From an uncultured Candidatus Saccharibacteria bacterium (GTDB taxonomy: Bacteria; Patescibacteriota; Minisyncoccia; Minisyncoccales; CAZJYT01): a stretch of 64,000 nucleotides of DNA. A program made the position numbers and the translations under genes. The stretch covers positions 3,929 to 67,928 of the forward strand of contig CAZKFX010000001.1 in NCBI GenBank assembly GCA_964552375.1. Direction: 5' to 3'. The notes beneath the pieces are model-generated. The model ran no database searches, was not told where the DNA came from, and saw only the letters and a list, made by a program, of their open reading frames with translations. This document shows, piece by piece, positions 45,727-55,171 of the stretch (positions are counted from its first letter, which is position 1; each line of letters starts with the position of its first letter).

Positions 45727-47595
45727 TTAAGGCGGAGGAATTATTCCTTCTCCATAATCTCCTGACATATGAGTACCCAAAAGACAAGTGTCAAAATCAA
45801 AACTTTCATATCCATCAAAGCAAGGATCACCAGGAATTCCTCCCCAGCTATTTTTTAAAATCCAATATCTTTTAACATTATTATACCCTACCAATACCAT
45901 TGCATGATTGGCACCTGGCAGACATTTGTAAATATCACACCCATCATCATCCAAACTTCCTGTGGTTCCCCCTCCAACACCAACCTTTACATACAAGGGC
46001 CCATATTTAATTAAACCATATTGAAGTTCCCCTCTGTTGTTTAAAATTTTTGGGGTGACACTATCAGTATTGGTTATTTTCCATAGCTCAATTGGACTAG
46101 CATCATCACAAGTTGCTGGACAAGGAGAATCAGTTTGCAAATAACCATAGCAATCTTCTGTTGGCACACCATTTGTCTTAATAAAATTGAAAGCACAATT
46201 TCCACCATTACAATCTCCAATAGGACAACAATCTGAAATTAAATACTGTTCAGACAAATCAGGCGTTAAAGAGCTGTCTCCTTTTTCTATTTTATATTTT
46301 GCTTCCATACTTCCTATAGTTGCAAAAGCCCAACAAGCTCCACAAGCTCCTTGATTTTTTACTGGGGTCATCCAATTTTCTCCATTTACATTTCTCCAGT
46401 CCCAAAATTGAGGAGGAATGTGAATAGTGATAGTGTCTGTAGCTACTACTCCTGAGGCGTCAGTTACCTTTAATGTAATAATATGGTCTATTACTGTTGA
46501 AGTAGCAACTCCAGTTAAATCATTTTTAACAAAACTACTAGAAGCGCCAATAACTCCATCTATATTAGAAGTCCATTCTATAGTATAAGGAAGAGTACCT
46601 CCTGTAATTAAGGCTTGAAAATTTATTGGGTCTCCTTGGGCAAAAGCAGTATCATCAGGAGGAGAGGAAATAGTCGCAGTTAAAAAAGGAGGATTAACCT
46701 TTACCTGAGCAGAAGCAACAGCTGTTTTTCCACAATTGTCAGTTACGCGCAAAAGAGGATGATAAGTGCCAGGAATATTGTAAATATAAGTGGTGATTCC
46801 AGAAATGAAGCTTTGCCAGTCAAAAATACCATCTCCTTCAAAATCCCATTCATATTTCACTATTTGACCTTGTCCTGGGGGTGGATCAAAAGAATAGGTG
46901 CTTCCATCAAAATAAACTGTTTCACCTGCTACTACAACAACACTTAGAGCAGTTGGAGAAGGATTTTTTCCTACTCTTGGTTTGGGGACAGGAGGAAGGT
47001 CTTGAATGCAATCTGTTCCTGTCCAACAATAACCTGAATCACAGGCATAACAATTTTCTCCTGCTCCACAACAAACACCTCCAGTGATATGAGAATTGGA
47101 AGGAGAGAAAGTTAGACATCCTGGTATGGCACTACAGGTTGGAGTGCAACCAGAGGAGGTTATTTTAAAATTAGCCACATTTTCTGTTTCGGTGGCAAAT
47201 CCCAAAATATCTTTTGCTTTAATATCAATATAATAATTACCAACAGGAGCACCACTTGAGTCCCAACTATTTCCATATTTTCCATCATTAGCTAAATCAT
47301 CGTTATGAGATCCATCATCATAAAGCTGAACAGTTGCTATATTTGTTTCGTCTGGATTTTGTAAAAAAGCAACAACTGAACTGACTCCAGAGATATCTGT
47401 TACTTTAGCATTAATAATAAAAGTAGCTCCTTGGTCTGCGCTTGAAGGTGAAACACTTACATCAGAAACTGTTGGATAAGGTTGATTTGCTATTTCCAAA
47501 GAAGGTTTTTGAGAAAAAGAAATTTTTATACAAAAAATTCCAAAAATGATTAAAATTAAAAATAACAAAGGAAAAAATTTACTTTTTTTCATCAT
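45727..47595 (-). CDS. Secreted papain-family (C1A) cysteine protease with choice-of-anchor-X-like and PKD domains
   Basis: WDWR, NQGACGACWAF, LSEQ, NHAM, WILKNSWG; PKD YEWDFEGDG; LYDDGSHNDDLANDGKYG. Confidence 0.88.
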   Translation of the reverse strand: MMKKSKFFPLLFLILIIFGIFCIKISFSQKPSLEIANQPYPTVSDVSVSPSSADQGATFIINAKVTDISGVSSVVAFLQNPDETNIATVQLYDDGSHNDDLANDGKYGNSWDSSGAPVGNYYIDIKAKDILGFATETENVANFKITSSGCTPTCSAIPGCLTFSPSNSHITGGVCCGAGENCYACDSGYCWTGTDCIQDLPPVPKPRVGKNPSPTALSVVVVAGETVYFDGSTYSFDPPPGQGQIVKYEWDFEGDGIFDWQSFISGITTYIYNIPGTYHPLLRVTDNCGKTAVASAQVKVNPPFLTATISSPPDDTAFAQGDPINFQALITGGTLPYTIEWTSNIDGVIGASSSFVKNDLTGVATSTVIDHIITLKVTDASGVVATDTITIHIPPQFWDWRNVNGENWMTPVKNQGACGACWAFATIGSMEAKYKIEKGDSSLTPDLSEQYLISDCCPIGDCNGGNCAFNFIKTNGVPTEDCYGYLQTDSPCPATCDDASPIELWKITNTDSVTPKILNNRGELQYGLIKYGPLYVKVGVGGGTTGSLDDDGCDIYKCLPGANHAMVLVGYNNVKRYWILKNSWGGIPGDPCFDGYESFDFDTCLLGTHMSGDYGEGIIPPP

Positions 47596-48503
47596 ATATT
47601 ATCTAATTTACTACAATTTCCCCAATTATCACAAGCTTTAATATCTACATAATAGGGGCCTTCAGGAAAAGAAGCAGAATTCCAGACATTTCCAAAAATA
47701 CTGTCAGAACTTGAGACATCACTGTGGAGTCCATCGTCAAACAATTCTATTATTTCAAGAACAGTATTGTCAGGTCTCTGCAAAAGAGCATAAGCAGACG
47801 CAATAGGGTTGGCATCGGTTATTTTGACTCTAATTTCAAACAATGTTCCTTGAGGTGCAGAAATAGGAGTAATGTGAGTATTTGTAATATTAGGAGGAGT
47901 AGTGTCTATAAAACCAAAACCGAGAGCTACAAAACATGCAGGACATCCTACTGCTGACCCACAGTCTACATGGGTTTCTCCACAATCTTTTACACCATCT
48001 GAACAATGGTTACAATTTTGGCAATACAAAGAAGAAGGATTGCTGACATCTTCAAAAATCCAGACACCCCCATTACAATAAAGCTGAAGGGATAAATCAC
48101 AATCTCCAGGAGTACAAGTTAATCCAGCAGTAGTCATTGTGCCAGTAGAAGGAGCGACACCAAACAATTTACCACTTATGTTAATTACTACCTTTATAGA
48201 AGAAACAATAAAAATTCCTATTGTAGCCACCAGTATTAATTCTTTTGCTTTTTCAACTCTTTCTGGATTTCCACCAGACATTAAAAGAAAAAAAGCAGCA
48301 CCAATTAAAAGAAAAGTTCCAACAATTACTCCTACCCAAAACAAAAAATTAGTAAAAGTAGAGACCAATTTTTGCCAAATAGGATAAGCACTTGGCCTTT
48401 TTATTACTATAGAAAAGGCTGAAAGAAAAAAGGGCAAAAATAGTAAAAATAACAAAAAATAAAGAAAAAATCTTTTTGAGAAGGTTTTAAAAATGGAAAG
48501 CAT
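47592..48503 (-). CDS. VirB2/TrbC-type pilin fused to Cys-rich and choice-of-anchor-X-like domains
   Basis: TM-SGGNPERVEKAK-TM pilin signature, CSDGVKDCGETHVDCG, LFDDGLHSD...DSIFG. Confidence 0.7.
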   Translation of the reverse strand: MLSIFKTFSKRFFLYFLLFLLFLPFFLSAFSIVIKRPSAYPIWQKLVSTFTNFLFWVGVIVGTFLLIGAAFFLLMSGGNPERVEKAKELILVATIGIFIVSSIKVVINISGKLFGVAPSTGTMTTAGLTCTPGDCDLSLQLYCNGGVWIFEDVSNPSSLYCQNCNHCSDGVKDCGETHVDCGSAVGCPACFVALGFGFIDTTPPNITNTHITPISAPQGTLFEIRVKITDANPIASAYALLQRPDNTVLEIIELFDDGLHSDVSSSDSIFGNVWNSASFPEGPYYVDIKACDNWGNCSKLDNI

Positions 48504-48599
48504 AAAATTATTTTTTAAATTTTATCATTATCTTGGAAAGATTGCAAGAATAATTGATGTTGACAAAATTGAAAACATTTTTTATTTTTTAAATATAAA

Positions 48600-48641
48600 A
48601 AAGGTCGTAGGAAAAGGTCGCAAAATAAAAATTAAAAAGAT
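48600..48641 (+). promoter_or_regulatory. Tandem AAAGGTCG leader motif upstream of pilin
   Basis: AAAGGTCG at 48600-48607 and 48613-48620, then CAAAATAAAAATTAAAAAGAT-ATG. Confidence 0.5.
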
Positions 48642-49172
48642 ATGAAAAAAGGAATTGCTATTTTAGGAACAATTTGTCTTTTGGGAGTTTTAATTTTGCC
48701 AGCAATAAGTGAAGCTGCAAGGACAACGACAAACTGTTGTCAGATTAGAAGGACATTTTCTTTTAATGGAAAGACTTGGTTGTCTGGAAGATGTTATGGA
48801 GAAATAGGAATAGAATATGGTACGACAGCTGTTACTACTACTGCTACAGGATGTGAAACACCAGGAGGAGTTGTACTATGTGAAGCCGCACCAGGACTTG
48901 GAGTGGAGCCAGGTAAAAATGTAGAACAAAGACCTGACTGGGGTGCTGGATGTATGCTAAATAGTGTCTATCGGATTTCAGACTTTATTTTCATGATTTT
49001 GATTGTAGTGGCAGTAATTATTGGTTTGGCAGGAGGTTATAATATTTTGACTGCTGGAGGTGATGCTGAAAAAGTGAACAAAGGAAGAGACTTGATATTG
49101 TATGCTATTATTGGAATGGTAGTAGCTTTCTTTGCAAGAGCTATTCCTTCAATTGTATCTCTGTTGATATAA
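48642..49172 (+). CDS. Cys-rich VirB2/TrbC-type pilin
   Basis: Signal peptide, 6 Cys after it, TM-TAGGDAEKVNKGR-TM (YAIIG) signature. Confidence 0.75.
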   Translation: MKKGIAILGTICLLGVLILPAISEAARTTTNCCQIRRTFSFNGKTWLSGRCYGEIGIEYGTTAVTTTATGCETPGGVVLCEAAPGLGVEPGKNVEQRPDWGAGCMLNSVYRISDFIFMILIVVAVIIGLAGGYNILTAGGDAEKVNKGRDLILYAIIGMVVAFFARAIPSIVSLLI

Positions 49173-49195
49173 AAGTTAGAAAGAATCGAGGGTGG

Positions 49196-49216
49196 AAGGG
49201 GTGGGGCTTCCCTTTT
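49196..49216 (+). terminator. Possible weak intrinsic terminator after pilin
   Basis: AAGGGG-loop-TCCCTT followed by TT; GC-rich in an AT-rich context. Confidence 0.3.
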
Positions 49217-49217
49217 G

Positions 49218-50675
49218 ATGTTACAAAAGGGAAAAAAAGGTTTTTTTGAATTAAATAAAAATTTGATAATTTTTTTCTTTTTGGGAACATTAGCAGGTTC
49301 CCTTTTTTCTTTTATTTTAATTTCTAAAGCAGAATTTAAAGGGAAAATTGACTATTTTGGAAAAATTGAAATTTTAACTGAAGTTTCACAGTCTATCAAA
49401 TTAGACAATAAAAAATTTAATGAAAAGATTGAGACAAAAACAAAAAAAATTTTTAGTGGCGAAACTGCTTTTTTGGGTGCTCATTATATTAAAAACGAAA
49501 GTGTTCTTCCTAAAAGAATAAAAATAATTACAAATGATAATCCAGAAAATTTAAATTTTTTACCAGTTGAAATGGTTTGGCAGGCAGTTCAAATTACTAC
49601 TGGAAAAACCTACAAAAGAAACCCAAGTGTTTTAAAAGATAGCAGAGGAAATTTGTGGTTATTTTTCTCTCAAGATACATATTTTGGTCAGGAAGGCAAA
49701 GGATGTGATGAAGAGGGCGTCAATTGTGAAAATCATCAATATGAGGGTTATTACATAATTTCTCAAGATCAAGGAATTTCTTTTTCTCAACCTTTCAAAT
49801 TTCCAGAGATTGAAAATTTTCATCCAAAAATAATTTCTCCAATTGAAGATGAAAAGGGAAGAATTTGGGTTTTTCTTTCAGATAGTAAAGGAGAAAAAGG
49901 AATTTATTATTTTATTATCAACAATGGAAAATTCAGTGAGCCAAAAAAATTGGAAATTGTCAAAAATAATGTAGATTTTGTCTCTGTGGCAAAGAAAGAA
50001 AATTTAATTTTTGTAATTTATGAAGATAAAGAAGGTTCAAAAATAGTTTGGACAAAAGATTTTGGTGAAAGCTGGGAAGGGCCTTTTTTAATAGACAAAA
50101 GAGCTTCAAGGGCAAGAGGAATTTTTGCAAAAGATGGAAAATTAAAAATTGTTTGGCAAAACAAAGAAACAAAAAAGGGAATTTATTTGACAGATTGCAA
50201 TTTTGAGAACTCTTTTTTAAATTGTTCCTCCTCTTTGGTTTATCTGGTAGAAGGGTTTGCCACAGAAGATAAAGAGCCCTTTTTATTGCAAGATTCTTTT
50301 TCTAATTTTTGGTTATTTTGGACAGTAAAAGAAGGAAAAGAAAAAGGTAAAATTACTCAATGGATAAATTTTGCTACCTCTTCAGATTTAAAAAAATTTT
50401 CTTTACCAAAAATTTTAATGAAAAGAGAAAATAGATGGAATTTTTCTCCTTTTGCCATAGAAAATAAAAATCAAATCTATCTCTTTTTTGCCTCAGAAAA
50501 CGATAGATATTCCTCTGAAGGAAGGGTAAATTCTAATATTTGGATGGCAAAATTGGGAAAAGAGATTGAAATTGAAATTTTACCAAAAGAGAAAATTGGT
50601 TTTGATGTCGCTTTTATTTTTAGAGAAAATTTAGCACAAAATGATTATTTAACAATTGTTGAAATTAAAAAATAA
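49218..50675 (+). CDS. BNR/Asp-box (sialidase-like) beta-propeller surface protein
   Basis: N-terminal TM; SQDQGISFS, TKDFGESW and SSDLKKFS Asp-boxes; RNPSV. Confidence 0.65.
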   Translation: MLQKGKKGFFELNKNLIIFFFLGTLAGSLFSFILISKAEFKGKIDYFGKIEILTEVSQSIKLDNKKFNEKIETKTKKIFSGETAFLGAHYIKNESVLPKRIKIITNDNPENLNFLPVEMVWQAVQITTGKTYKRNPSVLKDSRGNLWLFFSQDTYFGQEGKGCDEEGVNCENHQYEGYYIISQDQGISFSQPFKFPEIENFHPKIISPIEDEKGRIWVFLSDSKGEKGIYYFIINNGKFSEPKKLEIVKNNVDFVSVAKKENLIFVIYEDKEGSKIVWTKDFGESWEGPFLIDKRASRARGIFAKDGKLKIVWQNKETKKGIYLTDCNFENSFLNCSSSLVYLVEGFATEDKEPFLLQDSFSNFWLFWTVKEGKEKGKITQWINFATSSDLKKFSLPKILMKRENRWNFSPFAIENKNQIYLFFASENDRYSSEGRVNSNIWMAKLGKEIEIEILPKEKIGFDVAFIFRENLAQNDYLTIVEIKK

Positions 50676-50679
50676 TTTT

Positions 50680-51939
50680 TTAAAAAATTTGATTTTTTAT
50701 TAAATCTTCAAAACTCTCTCTCTTTCTTATTAGCTTTACCTTTCCATTTAAAATTGCAATTTCAGCTGGTCTTAATCTTGAGTTAAATTGAGAAGACATT
50801 GAAAAACCATAAGCTCCGGCATTAAAAATTGCCAGAATATCTCCTTCTTTCAAAACAGGCAATTTTCTTAATTCTTTTTTGCTGGTATTAAAAACATCCC
50901 CTCCTTCACACAAATTTCCTCCGATTAAATACTTTTTAAATTTTTTGGATTTAACTTTCAAAGAAAGTAAAATTTTATGAAAGGCTCCATAAATAAAAGG
51001 TCTAGCAAAAATATTGAATCCTGCATCTAAAATACAAACATCAATTGGTTTTTCTCCTTGACTAAGATGGACTACTTTTGTTAACAGCACCCCAGCATTA
51101 CCAATTATAAATCTTCCAGGCTCAATTCTTGCCTCAAAAACTCCAGCCTCCTTTGTTGCTCTTTTTATTATTTTGGCATAAGAGGTTAATTCTTTTTGAT
51201 TAAAATCTCTTTCTTTAGGAGAATGGGCAATTCCAATTCCTCCACCAAAATCAAGGAAATTTAAATTTGTTATTTTTTTTACTCTTTTGGCAACATCTGT
51301 CATTACTCTGGCAATTTTTTCAAAAACCAAAAGATCTTTTGCTAACCAGTTAGAACCAGCATGGCAATGCAAACCCAAAACCTCCAAACCTTCTTTTTTT
51401 GCCAATTTTACAGCTTCTATTGCTTTCGGGGGAATTATTCCAAATTTACTGTATTTTCCTCCTGTTTTTATATGGGAATGGGCTCCAATTTCAATTAGAG
51501 GATTTATTCTTATTCCAATTTGAAAAATTTTTTTCTTTTTAGAAATCTTTTTAATTTGGGAAAAAGAATCTGCATTAATGAAAATTGATTTTTTTGCTAA
51601 ATAATCCAAATCTTTATCAGTTAAAGCAGGACAAGTTAACATTATTTCTCTTTCTGAAAAACCTGCCTTTAAAGCAGTTTCTACCTCAAAAGGAGAAGCT
51701 GTATCTACTCCATCTACTTTATTTTTTAAAAACTTAAGCAAAGCTAAAGATGAATTTGCTTTTTGGGCATAATAAATTTTAATATTGGCTTTAGCCTTTT
51801 TGATAGCTTTTTTTAACTTTTCAATATTTTGAGCAACCTTCTCAAAGTCATAAACATAAAGAGGAGTCCCAAATTCTTTGGCTAATTCCTCCGCTTTTAT
51901 GTTTCCAAAATATAATTGATTATTTTTAATTTTAATCAT
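50680..51939 (-). CDS. lysA: Diaminopimelate decarboxylase
   Basis: FGTPLYVYD, YAQKAN, SKFG, HCHAGS, DFGGG, EPGRFI, CEGGD, GAYG.SMSS.FN.R.RPAE. Confidence 0.92.
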   Translation of the reverse strand: MIKIKNNQLYFGNIKAEELAKEFGTPLYVYDFEKVAQNIEKLKKAIKKAKANIKIYYAQKANSSLALLKFLKNKVDGVDTASPFEVETALKAGFSEREIMLTCPALTDKDLDYLAKKSIFINADSFSQIKKISKKKKIFQIGIRINPLIEIGAHSHIKTGGKYSKFGIIPPKAIEAVKLAKKEGLEVLGLHCHAGSNWLAKDLLVFEKIARVMTDVAKRVKKITNLNFLDFGGGIGIAHSPKERDFNQKELTSYAKIIKRATKEAGVFEARIEPGRFIIGNAGVLLTKVVHLSQGEKPIDVCILDAGFNIFARPFIYGAFHKILLSLKVKSKKFKKYLIGGNLCEGGDVFNTSKKELRKLPVLKEGDILAIFNAGAYGFSMSSQFNSRLRPAEIAILNGKVKLIRKRESFEDLIKNQIF

Positions 51940-52762
51940 TTTTTAAATGTCTTATTAAAGCCCTTTGGATAGCCTTAATTGGAGCCTTTCTCTTTGTGTA
52001 ATATTCAAATTGAGCAACTCCTTGTTCTAAAAACATTTCAATTCCAGAGACAATTTTTGCTCCTTTTTTTTCTGCTTCTTTTAGCATTTTTGTTTTGAGA
52101 GGAGAATAAATAACATCCATTACAATTTGTTTTTTTGAAAAGACTTCTTTTGGAACTGGAGAAATATTTTGGTAAGGAGGCATTCCCAAAGGAGTGGCAT
52201 TAATAATAATATCAAAATCTTTCAATTCCATTAAGTTAGAAAAGTCTGAATATTCCAGATTAAATTTTTTAGCTAATTTTTTTGCTTCATTTTTGTCTTT
52301 GTTAAAAATTTTTATTTTCCCTCCTTCTTTTTTTAATCCATACACTATTGCTCTTGCTGCTCCCCCAGCTCCAATTATTCCAATTTTTTTTCCTTTGATT
52401 TTTGTTCTTTTTTTAATTGGTTTTAAACCTCCCAACCAGTCAGTATTGTAACCTTTCAAAATTCCATTTTCATTGACTATTGTATTTACCGCTCCAATTT
52501 CTTTTGCTACCTTGTCTATTTCATCTAAATATTTCATTACCTTTACTTTATGAGGCATAGTACAACTTACTCCTCTTATTCCCATTATTCTGATAGCCTT
52601 TATTGCCCACTTTAAATCTTTCAATTTTACTCTTGCTCCCAAAAATACAAATTCGTCTTCAATTCCCAAGACTTTGTAACCTGTATTGTGTAATAAAGGA
52701 GAAAGTGAATGCTCTATTGGATCTCCAATTACCAAACAAATTTTTGTTTTAGCTGAAATCAT
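51932..52762 (-). CDS. aroE: Shikimate dehydrogenase
   Basis: GDPIEHSLSP, TMPHK, IGAVNTI, NTD, GAGGAARA, NATPLGM; start at ATG 52762. Confidence 0.95.
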   Translation of the reverse strand: MISAKTKICLVIGDPIEHSLSPLLHNTGYKVLGIEDEFVFLGARVKLKDLKWAIKAIRIMGIRGVSCTMPHKVKVMKYLDEIDKVAKEIGAVNTIVNENGILKGYNTDWLGGLKPIKKRTKIKGKKIGIIGAGGAARAIVYGLKKEGGKIKIFNKDKNEAKKLAKKFNLEYSDFSNLMELKDFDIIINATPLGMPPYQNISPVPKEVFSKKQIVMDVIYSPLKTKMLKEAEKKGAKIVSGIEMFLEQGVAQFEYYTKRKAPIKAIQRALIRHLKND

Positions 52763-53759
52763 AATTTTTATAAATTCCAACAATATCTGAAAGAACAGCA
52801 CTTGCGGTTTCTATAGGGCCTGCTCCTTTTCCTAAAATGGTAATTTCATCTGCCAATTCTGTTTTTATTTTCACTACATTTAAAGTATCATCTACATTTA
52901 AAGGATCATTTTTAGGGATTAATTGAGGTTCTACTTTCAAAAGCCCATCTTTGTTTACCTTTCCTATTAGTTTTACTGCATACCCTGATTTTTCTGCTAA
53001 TCTTAAAAATTCAGAGGTTATTTCTCTAATTCCCTTTATTTTTACATCTTTCAAAGTGGCACAAATCCCAAAAACTGCATTAGCCAAAATGACAAGTTTT
53101 ATTGCGGTATCAATTCCATCAATGTCTTTTGAAGGATCTGTTTCAGCAATTCCCATTTGTTGAGCTTTTTTTAAAGCTTGCTCTAAAGACAATCTTTCTT
53201 TTGTCATTTTGGTCAAAATATAATTAGAGGTGCCATTAAGAATTCCTTTTATAGAAATAATTTCTCTCTCTTGCAACTCATTTTTAGCTAAAGAAATTAT
53301 TGGCAAAGCTCCTCCTACTGTTGCTCCAAATTTTAGCTTTTTTTGTTTTTCTTTTGCTAATTTCATCAATTTCTTGTAAGCCAAAGCTATAGGACCTTTA
53401 TTTGAAGTAACTACATTTTTTCCAGTTTCCAGAGCTGAAATTATATGGCTCAATCCAGGTTCTCCATTCTCAATATTTGTGGGAGTAGCCTCTACCAAAA
53501 CCTCGTAATTTAAACTTTTTATTATTTTCAGGGTATCTTTTTCATCTATTCTTTCTCCTCTTTTGAAAGCTTCTATTTCTTTTGTCGTTAATCCATTTTC
53601 ATTTATTATTAATCCGTTTTTATTTCCAATTCCAACAATTTTTAAAAAAATTCCATATTTTTTATATATTTTTTCTTTTTTCCTCTCTATTACCTCTCTT
53701 GTGCCACTTCCTACATTTCCAAAACCAATTAATAAAATTCTTACTATTTTTTCTTTCAT
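52749..53759 (-). CDS. hom: Homoserine dehydrogenase (short, no ACT domain)
   Basis: IGFGNVG, VVTSNKGP, ATVGGALP, GILNGTSNYIL, DIDGID.AIK, GAGPIETASA. Confidence 0.93.
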   Translation of the reverse strand: MKEKIVRILLIGFGNVGSGTREVIERKKEKIYKKYGIFLKIVGIGNKNGLIINENGLTTKEIEAFKRGERIDEKDTLKIIKSLNYEVLVEATPTNIENGEPGLSHIISALETGKNVVTSNKGPIALAYKKLMKLAKEKQKKLKFGATVGGALPIISLAKNELQEREIISIKGILNGTSNYILTKMTKERLSLEQALKKAQQMGIAETDPSKDIDGIDTAIKLVILANAVFGICATLKDVKIKGIREITSEFLRLAEKSGYAVKLIGKVNKDGLLKVEPQLIPKNDPLNVDDTLNVVKIKTELADEITILGKGAGPIETASAVLSDIVGIYKNYDFS

Positions 53760-53760
53760 T

Positions 53761-54336
53761 TTAGTTTGATTTTAAAATTGAAAGAATTTTTTTTAAAATT
53801 TCTTTTGGGGTTTGATTGGAAATTTCTAAAATAAAATCTGCCCTTTTTTCATAAAGTGGTAGTCTTTGAGAATAAATTTCCATTTCTTTTTCAAGAGAGC
53901 TTTTTTTGCCAGTTAATGGGGGTCTCCATTCTTTGTTATATTTTTCATTTTCTTTTTTTAACCTCTCTTTCAATATTTCTTTTTTCACTTTTAAAAAAAT
54001 TATAATTTTTTCTGGTAGCTTTTTAACTAAATTAAAATTTTTTTCTCCAAAGGTCAAGTTCTTTGAAAATTTTACATCATTTACAAACAATCCTCCTCCC
54101 GTAGCGACCACAATTTTTTCTTTTTTAATTATTTCTTTTAAAACATTGTGTTCCAAAAGACGAAATTTAAACCAGTCTTTACCATCTTGAGTAATTTTAG
54201 CAATTGACTTTTTAGCTTTTTTTACTATCAATTCATCCATTTCTACAAATTCATAATTTAATTTTTTTGCTAAAATTTTTCCCAAGGTTGTTTTTCCAGC
54301 TCCCCTAAATCCAGTTAAAAAAATCTTTTTTTTCAT
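53761..54336 (-). CDS. aroK: Shikimate kinase
   Basis: GFRGAGKTT, FR..E, VATGGG, RPPL, RLPLY. Confidence 0.9.
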   Translation of the reverse strand: MKKKIFLTGFRGAGKTTLGKILAKKLNYEFVEMDELIVKKAKKSIAKITQDGKDWFKFRLLEHNVLKEIIKKEKIVVATGGGLFVNDVKFSKNLTFGEKNFNLVKKLPEKIIIFLKVKKEILKERLKKENEKYNKEWRPPLTGKKSSLEKEMEIYSQRLPLYEKRADFILEISNQTPKEILKKILSILKSN

Positions 54337-54344
54337 TAATTAAA

Positions 54345-54405
54345 ATTTTATAAAATAATAAAGAAATTGACAAAATTTGACAGGAAAATTTAAATTTGCT
54401 AATAT
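54345..54405. promoter_or_regulatory. Divergent sigma70 promoters (aroK and secE)
   Basis: Plus strand: TTGACA(54377)-17-TAATAT with TG, 6 nt before the secE ATG. Minus strand: TTGTCA-17-TAAAAT, 8 nt before the aroK ATG. Confidence 0.65.
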
Positions 54406-54411
54406 CCCTTT

Positions 54412-54618
54412 ATGGAATTTAAAAAATTTGCCAAAAAAATTTCAAGCTTCTTTAAAGAAGCCTTTTTAGAATTGAAAAAGGTAAAATGGTTGAGCAGAAA
54501 AGAAACAATTGAGTATACTTTAGTGGTTATTTTTATTACCTTGGTAGTAGCTATTTTTTTGGGAAGTTTAGATTATTTGTTTTATAAAGCAATCCGCTAT
54601 TTTATATTGAAATATTAA
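54412..54618 (+). CDS. secE: Preprotein translocase subunit SecE
   Basis: ELKKVKW.SRKE...TM; precedes nusG. Confidence 0.93.
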   Translation: MEFKKFAKKISSFFKEAFLELKKVKWLSRKETIEYTLVVIFITLVVAIFLGSLDYLFYKAIRYFILKY

Positions 54619-54619
54619 A

Positions 54620-55165
54620 ATGCCAAAACAAAATTTACCTCAAGAAAGAAATTGGTACGTAATCCATACTTATTCTGGCTACGAAGAGGCAGTAGCTAAG
54701 GCTCTAAAACAAAGAGTAGAAAATTTAGGTTTAAAAGATAAGATTTTTAATGTCATTGTCCCCAAAGAGAAAAAGATTAAAATCAAAAATGGAAAAAGAA
54801 AGGTGGTAGAAGAAAAAATTTATCCAGGTTATGTATTAGTAGAAATGATAGTTACTGATGAGACCTGGTATGTAGTTAGAAACACTCCCAATGTGACAGG
54901 ATTTGTAGGAGCAGGAACAACACCAATTCCTCTTTCAGAAAAAGAAATAGAGATACTCAAAAAGAGAATGAGTCAAAAAGAGCCAGAGCATAAAATTGAT
55001 GTGAAAATTGGAGAAATAGTGAGAATTGTTGATGGTCCTTTTAAAGATTTTGATGGAAAGGTTGCCGAAATTGATGAAAAAAGAGGAAAAGTTAAGGTTT
55101 TGGTTAATTTATTCGGAAGAGATACTCCAGTAGAATTAGATTGTCTTCAAATTAAAAAAATATAA
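54620..55165 (+). CDS. nusG: Transcription factor NusG
   Basis: WYVIHTYSGYE, YPGYVLVEM, VRNTPNVTGFVG, GPFKDF, FGRDTPVEL. Confidence 0.98.
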   Translation: MPKQNLPQERNWYVIHTYSGYEEAVAKALKQRVENLGLKDKIFNVIVPKEKKIKIKNGKRKVVEEKIYPGYVLVEMIVTDETWYVVRNTPNVTGFVGAGTTPIPLSEKEIEILKKRMSQKEPEHKIDVKIGEIVRIVDGPFKDFDGKVAEIDEKRGKVKVLVNLFGRDTPVELDCLQIKKI

Positions 55166-55171
55166 TTTTTT

